Origin: Savitreella phatthalungensis
Lineage: Eukaryota
Reading direction: 5' to 3'
DNA length: 64,000 nucleotides
Assembly: GCA_051599415.1 (NCBI GenBank)
Contig: AP039705.1
Span: 124,001 to 188,000, forward strand
Shown here: positions 10,207 through 21,139 of the stretch, in pieces
Numbering within the stretch: the stretch's first letter is position 1
Layout of the letters: each line of letters opens with the position of its first letter
Position numbers and translations under genes: made by a program
The notes under the pieces: generated by a model
The model's database searches: none
Told to the model about the DNA's origin: nothing
The model's input: the letters and a program-made list of their open reading frames with translations, nothing else

Positions 10207-11162
10207 TCACCGACGCGATCCATAAGTGTCTGGACAAGGGCCGTCATGCCGTCCTTCGTTACGTTGGCGGTGTCTGGCTGCTGCACAGCACATCCGATTC
10301 TTGTACTCCATGAATGCCGACTGGAAAAGAGACATGAGGTCGTCTCCGAGTCCGCGCAACGCTCTGGCAGCGAGTTCGTCCGCTTCCTCGTTCAGATCCC
10401 GGTCAATCTCCCAGAAATCGACGTTGACGCCGATGTCCTCGAGGGAGCGGATCAGTTCGTCAAGTTTGCGGAGAAGAGTGCCGTTGCGGACTCTGCGGCC
10501 TTGGCGACCTCTGTAGTCGTTGTCGCGGAAGGTAGCAACGTGGAATGTCATGGCGTCGACGAGATACTGGGAGTCAGTGCATAGGATGATGTGCGTTGTC
10601 TTGCTCCGTGTCTGCATGTTGCGCACATACTGGATAGCCTCATATGCGGCGACGACTGTTTGAGAAGAAGGTCAGTAGACGATAGATAAGCGGAGGGTCA
10701 CCTCATAGGAGTCATCGAGATGTAAAAATGAGGAGTGGTAGATGGAGGGAAAAGGGTATGCATACTCTCGGCTGCTCGTTTTGTCTGGACTTTGTTGCTG
10801 CGGACGATTCTGGATCGATTGTGTTTGCTCTTTGGACCGAACCAGAGGCCATATGAGCAGGTGACGTCGCCCTGCTCGTCTCTTCTGCAGGCAGCGTCGA
10901 TGTGGCAGAGTACTGAGCCGAGATGCCATGCTGGCGTGAGTGGTCTGTGTTTTGCCTGGTTGCAGGTACAGCGGGATGCGCTTGCCTCGTTTGGGCACGC
11001 AACAAAGTAGAACTGCTTGTCTGGGTCGTACGAGGTGATGTCGCAGGGGATGATACAGTCTAATGGCTGGATCCAGGTGTACTGTTCTAGATCGAATGCG
11101 CGTGCGTACACTCTGTCATGCTCGTCCTTGTACGTGCGTGGATGTGAGTGTGTGAGGGACAT
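10207..11162 (-). CDS. Ribonuclease H1-like protein (fungal stand-alone type), two exons (11162-10766 and 10655-10207)
   Basis: Intron 10656-10765 (GTATGC donor, CTGAC branch point, CAG acceptor) joins HIDAAC..YGLWFGPKSKHN..QTKRAAE to IVAAYEAI..LCTDSQYLV..VRNGTL..VDFWEIDRDLNEEADELA. All four acidic D/E/D/D residues are present. Confidence 0.85.
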
Positions 11163-12106
11163 ATCGGTGATGTGGTCTCCAGGGTGAGAGAGCTTGAGAC
11201 TCGGGATGGACCTGCAGATGTGGTCTGATGGAATGTGCAGAAGCGGTTGGTGGGTGTTATGGATGAATCTGATGCTGTAGCGCGTGATGGATGGATCTGA
11301 TGCTGTAGAGAGCGGGCTGATGAGGGGGAGAAAGATGGAAGCCTGCGATGAAACGCTGGAAGAGGAAGGTGGTGATACCGTGCGGGCGTGACTGTCTGGT
11401 GATTCCCCACAGGCGATGCGCAATTGATGAAGACCTGAAGATTTGAATACTCAGAGACTCTCGGACTCTCTTTTGGACACAGAGAGAGATATCGAGTGAA
11501 GCGCACGCGATTGAGTGAAAGAATACTCCTGATCTTTGAGCAAGCAGGTAGACTAGCGCGTAGATGTAAGCCTGAGATGGATAGTCAGGCAGGCGCGCGC
11601 GCGCGTGTTTGTAGTTGTCTAAAGAAGACTGCAGGTGGTAGAAGTGGTTGATGTATATCTTGAGAAGAAGAAGAAGACCTTGGAAGGTTCTTCTCCTCTG
11701 TACAGTCTACGTATAGGCTTGTTTACCTCTTAAAGCTTCTGTTCTACCTTGTAGGCCTTGTTGGATGTGGTTGTGCACGTGAGTGTGTTGATTTTCATGT
11801 TTTTCGATGCTGTTTAAGCCGCACAGGTTTTTAACAATCAAAATCAAAATTTATTTGGATGCACAAACAATCAAGATGGAAGTGTTGACACCCGTATGGA
11901 TGAGGAGGATGGACATGCTCCGAAGCCCCACCCTCAGAACAGTCAAGGAGTCAGTCAGTCATGGAGTCGGTGATTCAGTGAGTCAAGGATTCAGTGGGTC
12001 ACGGAGTGGGTAGGTCAGTGGGTGACAGAGTCCCCTAAAGCTTGTACCTCTAGCTTCTTCTTATACTCCAGACAGCCGTCTAATCCCATCAACTCTGCTC
12101 TGTTGT

Positions 12107-13008
12107 TCACCGCCGCCTCCATGCCTGTACAAATGTCATCTTCTCCTCTATCCCGAGTGCTGTCCTCGGTACTCTCGCGTACCTGGCAAGCGCATCTGCT
12201 TGTGCTCCAGCAGGCAGTCTGTGCGGACTTGCTCTGATTCTGAGCTCGTGTGATGGTACACTTGTTAGAGCCCAGATGAAGTGTGCGTAGGATGCTGGGA
12301 TTGGGGTTGTGGTTGACGGTGGGTTGGTGTACTTGATGCTTGTGACGTAGGCTTCTTGTATGTTTGTCGGTGTGAATGCTAGGATGCCGCGGTTGTTGGT
12401 GGTGGTTGCTTCTGGGAAGGTCACCAGGACTCTACCCCTGTACTTCCTCCCGATCGCCTCGAGCGATGCCTCCCCTTTCTCTGGGTACCCGACCCTGAAG
12501 CTGTCGAGCATCATTCCACCTGCAGATCTCCCTCGCCACCTGAGCTCCCTGTCGCACGTCACAAACACCGCGCTCGGGTACAGCCAGACGACCAGAAGCA
12601 CGTCTAGCGGACTTGACCGATTCACCACCACCACGTCTCCGCCCCCTGGATGCAGCACCTTCCGGCCATCGTAGCTCACTGGGATGCGCAGGTACCCAGC
12701 AACCATCAGCACATGCCTGGCCCAGTACGCTCGCAACCAGAACACCACGCCAACCCCAACAACCTCACTCACCCCGTCCACCAGCAGAAACACGCCCAGG
12801 TACACCGCCAGCAGGATGGTCTTGACGACCGATAGGAGAACTCTAGGTACGGCTGACACCAAAGTCAGGTCCGGTCCAGGTACTGGTAAGAAGGGGGCAA
12901 TCCCTGTGCCTGCGTCTGTTGGAAGCTCGATTAGTATCTCGACTGAGGATTGAGACTGGATGAAATCGATGGGAGAAACTTACCTCTCCACCGGGTGAAC
13001 TTCTCCAT
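12107..13008 (-). CDS. LOA1: Lysophosphatidic acid acyltransferase Loa1/Vps66, two exons (13008-12984 and 12915-12107)
   Basis: Spliced N-terminus MEKFTRWRDAGTGIAPFLP (intron 12916-12983: GTAAGT, CTAAT, CAG) matches the Loa1 family; NRSSPLD and FPEATTTNNRGIL acyltransferase motifs. Confidence 0.88.
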
Positions 13009-13199
13009 GACCTCCGGATCTGCTCCCAAGTACTCTTGTCTCTTATGTCGTGATGTTATGGACTGAGAGCTGGGAGATGTTGTTTGTCTGATGTAGTGGA
13101 TATGAGGATGTGAGGATGAGGATGAATGACTGGAAGATGAAGCTATTGATCGGCTCCACGATCTGCTTTGTGGGATTCGAGGATGATGAAGCTAAATAG

Positions 13200-14903
13200 A
13201 TGGACAACCATCGTACAGACCACAACGACCTCTCTTCTTCGATGACCGTCGACAAGACAACGCCGCCGTCGGTACTGACATCTCCTCGGCAGTCTGGCTG
13301 GCGATGGCCTTGCTATCTAGCCATCTGTGTGACTGCTTTGCTCTTGTGGGTCGACGTGCCTGTCCTTATGACTCCACCTGCACCTTCATGCTTGCAGCCC
13401 GGTGCACTGATCCCGTCTCTCCCTGACGCCGTGTCTCGCACATACGCCAACTTCACATCTTCCGCCTACCGGTCTCACTCTGCCAGACTTCTCTCGGACG
13501 GGGTGCGTATCCCTACGGTGTCGTACGACGACATGGGTGAGGTTGGTGAGGATTCGCGGTGGGAGGTATTTGCGTCTTTCCGGAGATACTTGCATGATGC
13601 ATTCCCGTTAGTCCACGCGCGCCTGTCTGTCGAGCACGTCAACACGCACGCACTCATCTACACCTGGCATCCCCTACACCCCACCGCAGCCAAGCCGCTC
13701 CTGCTCATGGCTCACCAGGACGTCGTGCCCGTAGACCCTGCCACCCACGCCGCATGGACACACCCGCCCTTCAGCGGCCACATCGACGACGATGGCTGGG
13801 TTTGGGGTCGTGGTGCTAGCGACTGCAAGAATTCGGTGGTTGCGATTATGGAGGCGTTGGAGTCGTTGGTTTGTGATGAGGTGGATGTGGTGCGACCGGT
13901 GGTGATTAGCTTTGGGTTTGATGAGGAGACGACTGGGTATTCTGCGCGGTCCATCTCACAACGACTCGAATCTGTTTACGGTGTCGATGGTTTCGCGATG
14001 GTGGTGGATGAGGGTGAGCCGCTGGAGAGGCGTGAGGGTGGTGTGGTGATGGCTTTGCCTGGGGTGGGGGAGAAAGGTTACATGGATGTGACGGTGGAGG
14101 TGACCATGCCTGGAGGCCACTCGTCAATCCCGCCTCCCCACACCGCCATCGGCGTCCTCGCAGCCGCCATCACAGCCATCGAAGACGCACCTTACACACC
14201 AACACTCTCTCACGCTCACCCACTCTTCCACCAGCTCACCTGCCTCGCTCTTCACGCGCCAAACTCCCTCTCCCGCACGCTCCGCAACCTCATCGCTCGC
14301 AGCAACTTCAGGGCGATCGTGGACGCAATCAAGGACGATCTCGGCTTGAGATACCTGATGGCGACTTCTGTCGCCGTCGACGTTGTGGACGGGGGAGTGA
14401 AGGTGAACGCGTTGCCTGAGTCTGCAAAGGCGATTGTCAATCACCGGATAGCGATCGACTCGTCTTCCCAAGATGTGCGTCAGAAGATCTCTGGGATCGT
14501 CATGGAGGTTGCAAAGTCGTTCGGGTTAGGGTTCAGCGGGTTTGGTGAGGCAGGGATGGAGTCCCGGAACGGGATGATTGTGGTGGGGGATAATGATCAG
14601 ACGCTGGAGCCTGCTCCGGTGACACCGATTGATACGCCGCAGTGGAAGTTGCTCGGCGGCACGTTCAGGAGGGTGTTTGGGGAGGAGGTGATTGTGGCAC
14701 CGGGCATGTCTACTGGCAACACCGACACCAAATCCATGTGGGCACTCTCAAAGCACATCTACAGACTCGATCCTATGCTCACTGGGGCACGAGACAACCA
14801 CATTCACACAGTCGACGAGAAAGTCCATATCGACGGTCACTTGGAAGCCGTTCGGTTCTTCCACACACTCATTCTCAATTTCTGGGCAGCAGATGATTTC
14901 TAG
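13200..14903 (+). CDS. CPS1: Gly-Xaa carboxypeptidase S (peptidase M20), vacuolar type II membrane precursor
   Basis: N-terminal TM; LMAHQDVVP, WGRGASDCK, GFDEE, VVDEG, PGGHSSIPP, GGVKVNALPE, GNTDT, IHTVDE. Confidence 0.93.
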   Translation: MDNHRTDHNDLSSSMTVDKTTPPSVLTSPRQSGWRWPCYLAICVTALLLWVDVPVLMTPPAPSCLQPGALIPSLPDAVSRTYANFTSSAYRSHSARLLSDGVRIPTVSYDDMGEVGEDSRWEVFASFRRYLHDAFPLVHARLSVEHVNTHALIYTWHPLHPTAAKPLLLMAHQDVVPVDPATHAAWTHPPFSGHIDDDGWVWGRGASDCKNSVVAIMEALESLVCDEVDVVRPVVISFGFDEETTGYSARSISQRLESVYGVDGFAMVVDEGEPLERREGGVVMALPGVGEKGYMDVTVEVTMPGGHSSIPPPHTAIGVLAAAITAIEDAPYTPTLSHAHPLFHQLTCLALHAPNSLSRTLRNLIARSNFRAIVDAIKDDLGLRYLMATSVAVDVVDGGVKVNALPESAKAIVNHRIAIDSSSQDVRQKISGIVMEVAKSFGLGFSGFGEAGMESRNGMIVVGDNDQTLEPAPVTPIDTPQWKLLGGTFRRVFGEEVIVAPGMSTGNTDTKSMWALSKHIYRLDPMLTGARDNHIHTVDEKVHIDGHLEAVRFFHTLILNFWAADDF

Positions 14904-14989
14904 CTACCTTCACAGCTTCTCTGTACATGCATTCTTATCATACTTACGTGTCTCCATTCCGTCGTCATCGTTCAGCAAAATCGCCATCG

Positions 14990-16783
14990 CTACGGGTTGT
15001 GGCTCGTCGAACCTGTCGTATCGGGGATTTTCAGATGATCGTCTCGGTTGAGCGGTGGGACGGTCTCCTTGACGTCGTCAGGCCAGTAGTCGTCTTGATG
15101 AAAGCCAGGGTGAGGGTCTGATGGTCTGGTGGAAAGGTCAGTTCTGGCATTGGCAGAACTATGACCGACTTGGCTGTCCCTGAGTCGGGTTTGTGACTGG
15201 TGGCTAATGGGTGACCGATTGTGGTAGATGGACATTGGCGATAGGTCTGAGGCTGGAGAGATTGTGTCGGAACCTGTGCCCGTGCCTGTGCCCGAAGGCG
15301 AGCGATGCATGCTGAGCGACATGCGAGGCACGCCGTTGCCAACTCTGGAGGATGCGAGCGATCGTGAGGCGTTCGAGGCCGAGGTCATCCCACCGCCTGA
15401 CTGGACGCGCGACAGCGATCGACCTCCCCCGAGCGTAGTTGAGGCGGTCGAGGACGCCGCAGGGTAGGTGAACGTTGGGAGTTCGATGGCGGCTGTGCGG
15501 ACGTGGGAACGCTTTGTGAGGGATGAAGTCTTTTCGATGATTGAGTTTGCGGCGCTCGCTGCGGAGGCTGCCGGTGCCGTGAGCAGCTTTGACTTGACCT
15601 TCTGGAACCATGCGGTGGTGCCTAGGAGTTTGCGCGTGCGGGCTTCCAGGTGGTTGAGGGTTCGGGATTCCTGTGGAGGTCGATTGTTGCAGTCTTGGTC
15701 CATCTCCTCTTCGTACACTTCGCGGCCGAGGACGCCGTTCTTGGCATCGCGCATTTGCCGCGCCTGTACCTGGTCAATCCAGTCCCACACGATGACGGAC
15801 GAGGCCAGCAGTCCCACCCACCGTACATAGTCACCCCATCCTTCCACCTGCGGGTACCAGATGTCGAGACAGAAGAAGACGACAGGGGAGCACACGATTG
15901 CGATGCACAGAGTCGCGAGTGGTGCGAGGGTGATGTGGTAGGCGTGTCGAAGTCTGCCGCCTAGGACGGACCAGAGGATGATGCAGGCTGCATACAGGAC
16001 TGAGAGAGCGATGTGGAAGAGGTAGGCGAGGACGGGGACAGCTTGACCGAAGCTTGTCGGTGGCCCGTTGCCAGCAGTGCCCGGGTAGAAGTTGTTGAAA
16101 CAGGCAAAGATGATCTCGAGGAGGATAAGTAGTACTGCCGTGTATTTGATGATGACCTTGTCGCGCTGTCTGGCAAAGAGTCTCAGGATGACTTGGAGCT
16201 GTGCGAGCCAGAGCAAAGTGTTTGAGATGATTCTGAGTGTCTCGTTCGCTACTCGCTTGTGCACGTTCTTGACCGCGTCGGAGCTGAAGGTTTGGGAGCT
16301 GTAGTACTGATGGACCATCTCGCGGTATGTTGTGTCTGCGGCCAGGGTGATGGCGATCACGGCAAAGACGGCAGCCAGACGTTGCAACCACGGTCTTCGC
16401 GAGTGTGCGAGCACGGAGACGAGAAGGAGGACCCAGGCGCATGCTGTAGCCGCGCCGAGCGTGAAGATGAGCGGTGTTGTTGAGTCCCAGAAGGGATGCA
16501 TGAGTGCGGAATTGCCGATGACGACGCCGGAGCTGCCGCTAGCAGATCCAGCTGTCGTGTACGATGCATTCGAACCACCGTACTGCTCGGACTTGAGCTG
16601 TGCGTCAGCCGTCCGCACACTTTCGAGGCATGCGTTGAGGAGTGTCTCTCCTGTGTAGTTGAAGAGCTGCGGGGATGCGCCTGCTGCGGCGTTGTAGAGG
16701 GTGAATTTACCGTTCAGGGTGGAGAGAGCAGGCGTACAGGACCATCCTGTTGGCCACTGAGAGGTAGAGGAGACGTTGGCCAT
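14990..16783 (-). CDS. palH: PalH/Rim21 multi-pass (7-TM) ambient pH sensor
   Basis: PFWDST, RPWLQRLAA, LWLAQLQVILRLFARQRDK, VRWVG..VWDWI, GVLGREVYEEE; about seven hydrophobic helices then a Ser-rich tail. Confidence 0.85.
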   Translation of the reverse strand: MANVSSTSQWPTGWSCTPALSTLNGKFTLYNAAAGASPQLFNYTGETLLNACLESVRTADAQLKSEQYGGSNASYTTAGSASGSSGVVIGNSALMHPFWDSTTPLIFTLGAATACAWVLLLVSVLAHSRRPWLQRLAAVFAVIAITLAADTTYREMVHQYYSSQTFSSDAVKNVHKRVANETLRIISNTLLWLAQLQVILRLFARQRDKVIIKYTAVLLILLEIIFACFNNFYPGTAGNGPPTSFGQAVPVLAYLFHIALSVLYAACIILWSVLGGRLRHAYHITLAPLATLCIAIVCSPVVFFCLDIWYPQVEGWGDYVRWVGLLASSVIVWDWIDQVQARQMRDAKNGVLGREVYEEEMDQDCNNRPPQESRTLNHLEARTRKLLGTTAWFQKVKSKLLTAPAASAASAANSIIEKTSSLTKRSHVRTAAIELPTFTYPAASSTASTTLGGGRSLSRVQSGGGMTSASNASRSLASSRVGNGVPRMSLSMHRSPSGTGTGTGSDTISPASDLSPMSIYHNRSPISHQSQTRLRDSQVGHSSANARTDLSTRPSDPHPGFHQDDYWPDDVKETVPPLNRDDHLKIPDTTGSTSHNP

Positions 16784-17355
16784 GTTGCAGAGCAGTCCTT
16801 CAGTGGATTATGAAGGGCAGCAGATGGAAGGGCTAAGGATCAGTCATGCAATCGAGGATTTAGCGCTGCTGCAGAAGTGGATAGGTTGAAGCGCAAGCGC
16901 AGGCGCAGGCGCGAATCGGTTGTTATGAGAGCAGGCGCAGGCGCAGTCTCAGGCGCAGTCGCTCTGAGGATGACAGAAGACGATAAGGAAGATGAAGTGG
17001 TTGTAGAGGAAGAGAGAGAGAAGGAGGGCTGATGATTGACGTGGGTGATGAGGATGAGTATGGTTCATTCATGGTTTATGTGAGACGAATTTGATTTCAC
17101 CTGCGACTTGCAACTTGGAAGTTGAATCTATTCAAGGTCATCGACAGTGGCAAGCATGCCAAGACAGGGGGGGGAAACAGAACAGAACAGAACAGATCAG
17201 ATCAGGTCACCTCAACAGCTTAGATCAAGAGCTAGGATCAGCCATTGTGTCGCATACAAGGGTTGGCGCGACGATCAGTTGTCAATGAGGTGGAGGAAGA
17301 TTGACTCGATTAGAGAGAAAGGGAAGAAGACAAAGGATTCGTGGGATCTGACTAT

Positions 17356-18108
17356 TCAGATCTTGGCCTTGTTGGCGTTGACAATGTTGTGGAACTCTGG
17401 CTTGAGGGAGGCGCCACCGACGAGGAATCCATCGACGTCCTTGCAGGACGCGTAGTCTGTGCAGTTCTTTCCGTTGACACTTCCACCGTAGATGATCCTG
17501 ACCTGTTCTGCCACCTTGGCTCCAACGCGCTTCTCGAGGAAGTTGCGGATGGCGACGTGGGTCTTCTGTGCGGTCTCTGCCGTCGCTGGTTTGCCTGTGC
17601 CGATGGCGTAGATTGGCTCGTAGGCGATGACGACGTTTGAGAGGTCCGAAACCTTGTCGCAGAGAGCGCCAATCTGTCCAGTGACAATCTCGTCCGTCTT
17701 GCCTGCCTCGTACTGCTCGAGCGTGTCACCGCAGCAGTAGATGACCTTGATGCCAGACTTGAGTGCGTGCTCTGCCTTGGAGGCGACAAATGCATCGGTT
17801 TCGTGAAGCAAGGTCCTGCGCTCAGAGTGACCGAGGATGACCCACTGGACGCCAACGTCACGCAGCTGCTCGATGGAGATTTCTCCAGTGAAAGCGCCAG
17901 ATGGCTTGTCGAACACGTTCTGAGCAGCTACTTCGACGTCCTTCCTGAGGTGCTCACGTGCAGGGAGGAGATAGATGCTGGGTGGTGCGATGACGACTTC
18001 GACGTTTGAGTCTAGGTTTGCATCGTTGAGGGCTGATACGATAGACTTGATTGAATTCTGTGTACCGTTCATCTTGAAGTTACCACCGACAAAGAATCTG
18101 CGAGCCAT
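17356..18108 (-). CDS. TPI1: Triosephosphate isomerase (intronless)
   Basis: MARRFFVGGNFKMN, ILGHSERR, AYEPIYAIGTG, YGGSV, GFLVGGASLKP. Confidence 0.99.
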   Translation of the reverse strand: MARRFFVGGNFKMNGTQNSIKSIVSALNDANLDSNVEVVIAPPSIYLLPAREHLRKDVEVAAQNVFDKPSGAFTGEISIEQLRDVGVQWVILGHSERRTLLHETDAFVASKAEHALKSGIKVIYCCGDTLEQYEAGKTDEIVTGQIGALCDKVSDLSNVVIAYEPIYAIGTGKPATAETAQKTHVAIRNFLEKRVGAKVAEQVRIIYGGSVNGKNCTDYASCKDVDGFLVGGASLKPEFHNIVNANKAKI

Positions 18109-18353
18109 GATGGAGATGATGTGAGCAGAGATGGAGGAGGAGAAGAGGTTGTTGGTACTTGCAGATGAAGACGAGTTTGGCTTGATGAATTGGTAAGATA
18201 GGTAGGCAGGTAGATGGGTGGATGGGTGGATGATGGTAGAAGGTTGGGAATGATGTTTCCGATCGATGGAGTACGTGTATGAATTAACTTTTCCAGATGC
18301 AGATGCAGCGAATTTAAATTTCCTGATTCAAGATCGATGCACCAGCACAAGCA

Positions 18354-19468
18354 CACGTGAAAGTTGAAAATGTGATCAGCCAATTTGGCTGTCTCCAGCT
18401 CCATATCTCCTCATCCTCACAGTCTACCAGGATAGACCACAGACTACAGAAGGGTGTACTGGGTTGAGTACGTGAATCTGTCATTTGCAGAGTCGCTCTC
18501 TGTAGAGATCATCTTGCACAAGTAGGAGAGTCCTTGTCCGCGATTTATTCTTCTAATCTGTGGAATATGACGTTAGCTTGATTGCAAAAGTACAGTCAAT
18601 GGCTGTAGATGCTAGCTGTATCTTTCTGAGCCACACGTGATATTCATTTTACATGTGAGCAGCACCTCGATGCTCATCAGGAATTGCCAGTCGCGGCCAG
18701 ACCATATACATCTCATTATAGTATACTTGCTGCTTTTCAAGACGTAGGGCAGATAGGCCCGTGCCTAGTCAACAGCAGTGATGTTCCACGGGGGTCAATG
18801 TGCTGCCAAGTAAGATTTCTGTGCGAGCATGATTCGACATTGCTTTTCTAGGGAGCAGTAGTCAGGTTCTCTTGTATACATGACGCAACCCTGTTTTCAT
18901 CTATGTGCTTGTCACATCAACACGTGAGTGAGATGATGTGAGTGAGATGATTAGAGCACTATTGAGTATTTTAGGTTTGGTGTGAAAGCACCGTCTCTAC
19001 ACACTCAGGAGACTTACTCGTCACTCTGAGTCAGATCATCTTCATCATCATCATCATCAGCTTAAACATCAGCCTGTCCAGAGGTGTTTTAAAGAGAGAG
19101 AGAGAGCTGGAGAGAGATGTGCCAAAGAGTTTTGCCTCCTGTGGCTAGAATCACTTTTTATCTCATCCGTTGATGTACTTCTACTGACTGTTTGTGCACG
19201 CACTTGACTGCATATCTGCTGAATTCAGCCCACTTGATCACTCGGAATTAATGTTAAATTTAAACATCATTCCGACCGAGTTCAGCAAAAGTGAGAAGGA
19301 GAAAATAAAAAGAAAAAAAACTTTAAATTGACTTATGCAGTGCATGTGCTGTGCTGAGCTGAGCTGTGCTGTACAGAGAGTATTCATCTGCGCCACCTCA
19401 ACACTATAATTTAGTCAGGAAACAGATGCACCAACACAGTACTGGGAAGCTTCCAATTCCAGCACGTG
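18354..19468. promoter_or_regulatory. Four CACGTG E-boxes in the divergent TPI1-DMA1 promoter region
   Basis: CACGTG at 18354, 18634, 18921 and 19463. Confidence 0.5.
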
Positions 19469-19669
19469 CACACCCATCCAGCCTACCAGCACTCTCTCCG
19501 CTTTACAGAGGATCCACCAACGCGCTTATCACTTACTTTACACAACAGCTCGACAGAGTCTATTAACTGCCTTTTGCGCGCGCAATCGACATCTACCACG
19601 CTTCATCGAATAGTCAGACACTGTCGCATTATCCACCTAGGTTTTCGCTAGCTGATCACTCGCGCAACC

Positions 19670-21139
19670 ATGGTGAGACTAGGTCTCGGCAGATCAAACT
19701 CTGAAAGAGGTTCATTCCTCTCGAGGCACGGCCACGCAACCCTCAACCTCAACAACAATGGCAACAGCAATAGCAATGGCAACGGTAACACAGCTGCAGC
19801 CTCCACTAGCATCTCCACAGGCGGTCCGGCGTCTCTTCCCACAGACGCTGCATCTACACCAGGTGCTCTACCAACAGGCCCGAGGACAGCGCCGATACCA
19901 GAGACGATCCACCCAGATGCACTCGCACGGACCACCACCTCCGTTTCACAGACTCTCCAGACAATTCCATCTGGCATTCAACTATCAGCCTCAGGAGACG
20001 CTCGACCAGAAGATGCCACCGCTACAACAGCAGCCACAGATGCTGTGACTGCTCCTACAACCGTCCCTGCATCCGACGATCGGCCTCCAATCGGGTCCAT
20101 CAGATTCGTCCCACACATCGAGTACACCTCCAGACAGACGCTCAACTTTGAGCCGATGGAGCGCAAGGTCGTAGACAGCACACACATCAAGCTAGGCCGG
20201 TTCAATGACAAGTCGCAGAACAAGATGAGCATCACGTTCAAAAGCAAGGTGGTGTCTCGGTCGCATGCGGAGGTATGGTGTGAGGAAGGTGGCGCATGGT
20301 ACATCCGTGACGTCAAATCGAGTTCGGGCACATTCTTGAACCACATCCGACTCTCGCCGCCAGGTGTCGAGTCAGCGCCAACGCGACTGAACGATGGGGA
20401 CTGCATCCAGTTCGGGATAGACTTCCGCGGTGGCACAGAGGAGGTGTACCGATGTGTTCGCACAAGACTCGAGATCAATAGAGTTTTCCAGCAGACTGAC
20501 GACACCTTCAACCGCCAGGCACACCGGCACCTGAAAGCCCTAACGAGTGGTGGTGAGGAGGAGGCTGCCGGAAGGAACGGGACGAGCGGTAGCGGTGTTG
20601 CAGGGGACACCGCTTCCGTGTACTCTGCTGAATGCTGTATCTGCCTTTTCAGCATTGCACCCGCTCAGGCTCTCTTTGTCGCCCCATGCTCCCACACCTA
20701 CCACTTCAAGTGTATCCGTCCTCTCATCCTTCAGACATACCCTGCATTCATGTGCTGCGTGTGCAGGAAGTACGCTGATCTTGAAGCCTCTGTCGAGGTC
20801 GAGAGCGCCTCTTGGCTGACGGCTCAAAAATCAGGCGATCCTCGAACTCCAGGAGCAGAACTCACAGAGTACATTCCTATCACCTCTGCCATCCCACCAC
20901 CACCACCTGCAGATACCTCTACAGACCCGGATCTCGCAGACCAAACAACATCACTCACCCTGCAATCCCCGTTACCACCAGCACCAGCACAAGCAGCAGC
21001 AGCAGCAGCAGCAGCAGCAGTCGCTGTACCCACCCCACCCTTACACCATACACATCCACGTCTAAGAGACCTCAACCACCAAGACCATATCGATGGCACA
21101 CCACGCAACACTGAAGGTCCTTTCCTTATTGCCGAGTGA
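19670..21139 (+). CDS. DMA1: FHA-RING E3 ubiquitin ligase Dma1/Dma2
   Basis: FHA: GR..FKSKVVSRSHA..DVKSSSGTFLNHIRLS..GIDFRGG. RING-H2: CCICL..QALFVAPCSHTYHFKCIRP..C..CR.YADLE. Confidence 0.95.
   Translation: MVRLGLGRSNSERGSFLSRHGHATLNLNNNGNSNSNGNGNTAAASTSISTGGPASLPTDAASTPGALPTGPRTAPIPETIHPDALARTTTSVSQTLQTIPSGIQLSASGDARPEDATATTAATDAVTAPTTVPASDDRPPIGSIRFVPHIEYTSRQTLNFEPMERKVVDSTHIKLGRFNDKSQNKMSITFKSKVVSRSHAEVWCEEGGAWYIRDVKSSSGTFLNHIRLSPPGVESAPTRLNDGDCIQFGIDFRGGTEEVYRCVRTRLEINRVFQQTDDTFNRQAHRHLKALTSGGEEEAAGRNGTSGSGVAGDTASVYSAECCICLFSIAPAQALFVAPCSHTYHFKCIRPLILQTYPAFMCCVCRKYADLEASVEVESASWLTAQKSGDPRTPGAELTEYIPITSAIPPPPPADTSTDPDLADQTTSLTLQSPLPPAPAQAAAAAAAAAVAVPTPPLHHTHPRLRDLNHQDHIDGTPRNTEGPFLIAE
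20993..21019 (+). repeat. (GCA)9 microsatellite encoding poly-Ala in DMA1
   Basis: Seen directly in sequence. Confidence 0.9.

Noticed and set aside
10207..11162. Retrotransposon remnant
   Set aside because: No RT, integrase, gag or LTRs nearby, and the gene has a spliceosomal intron.
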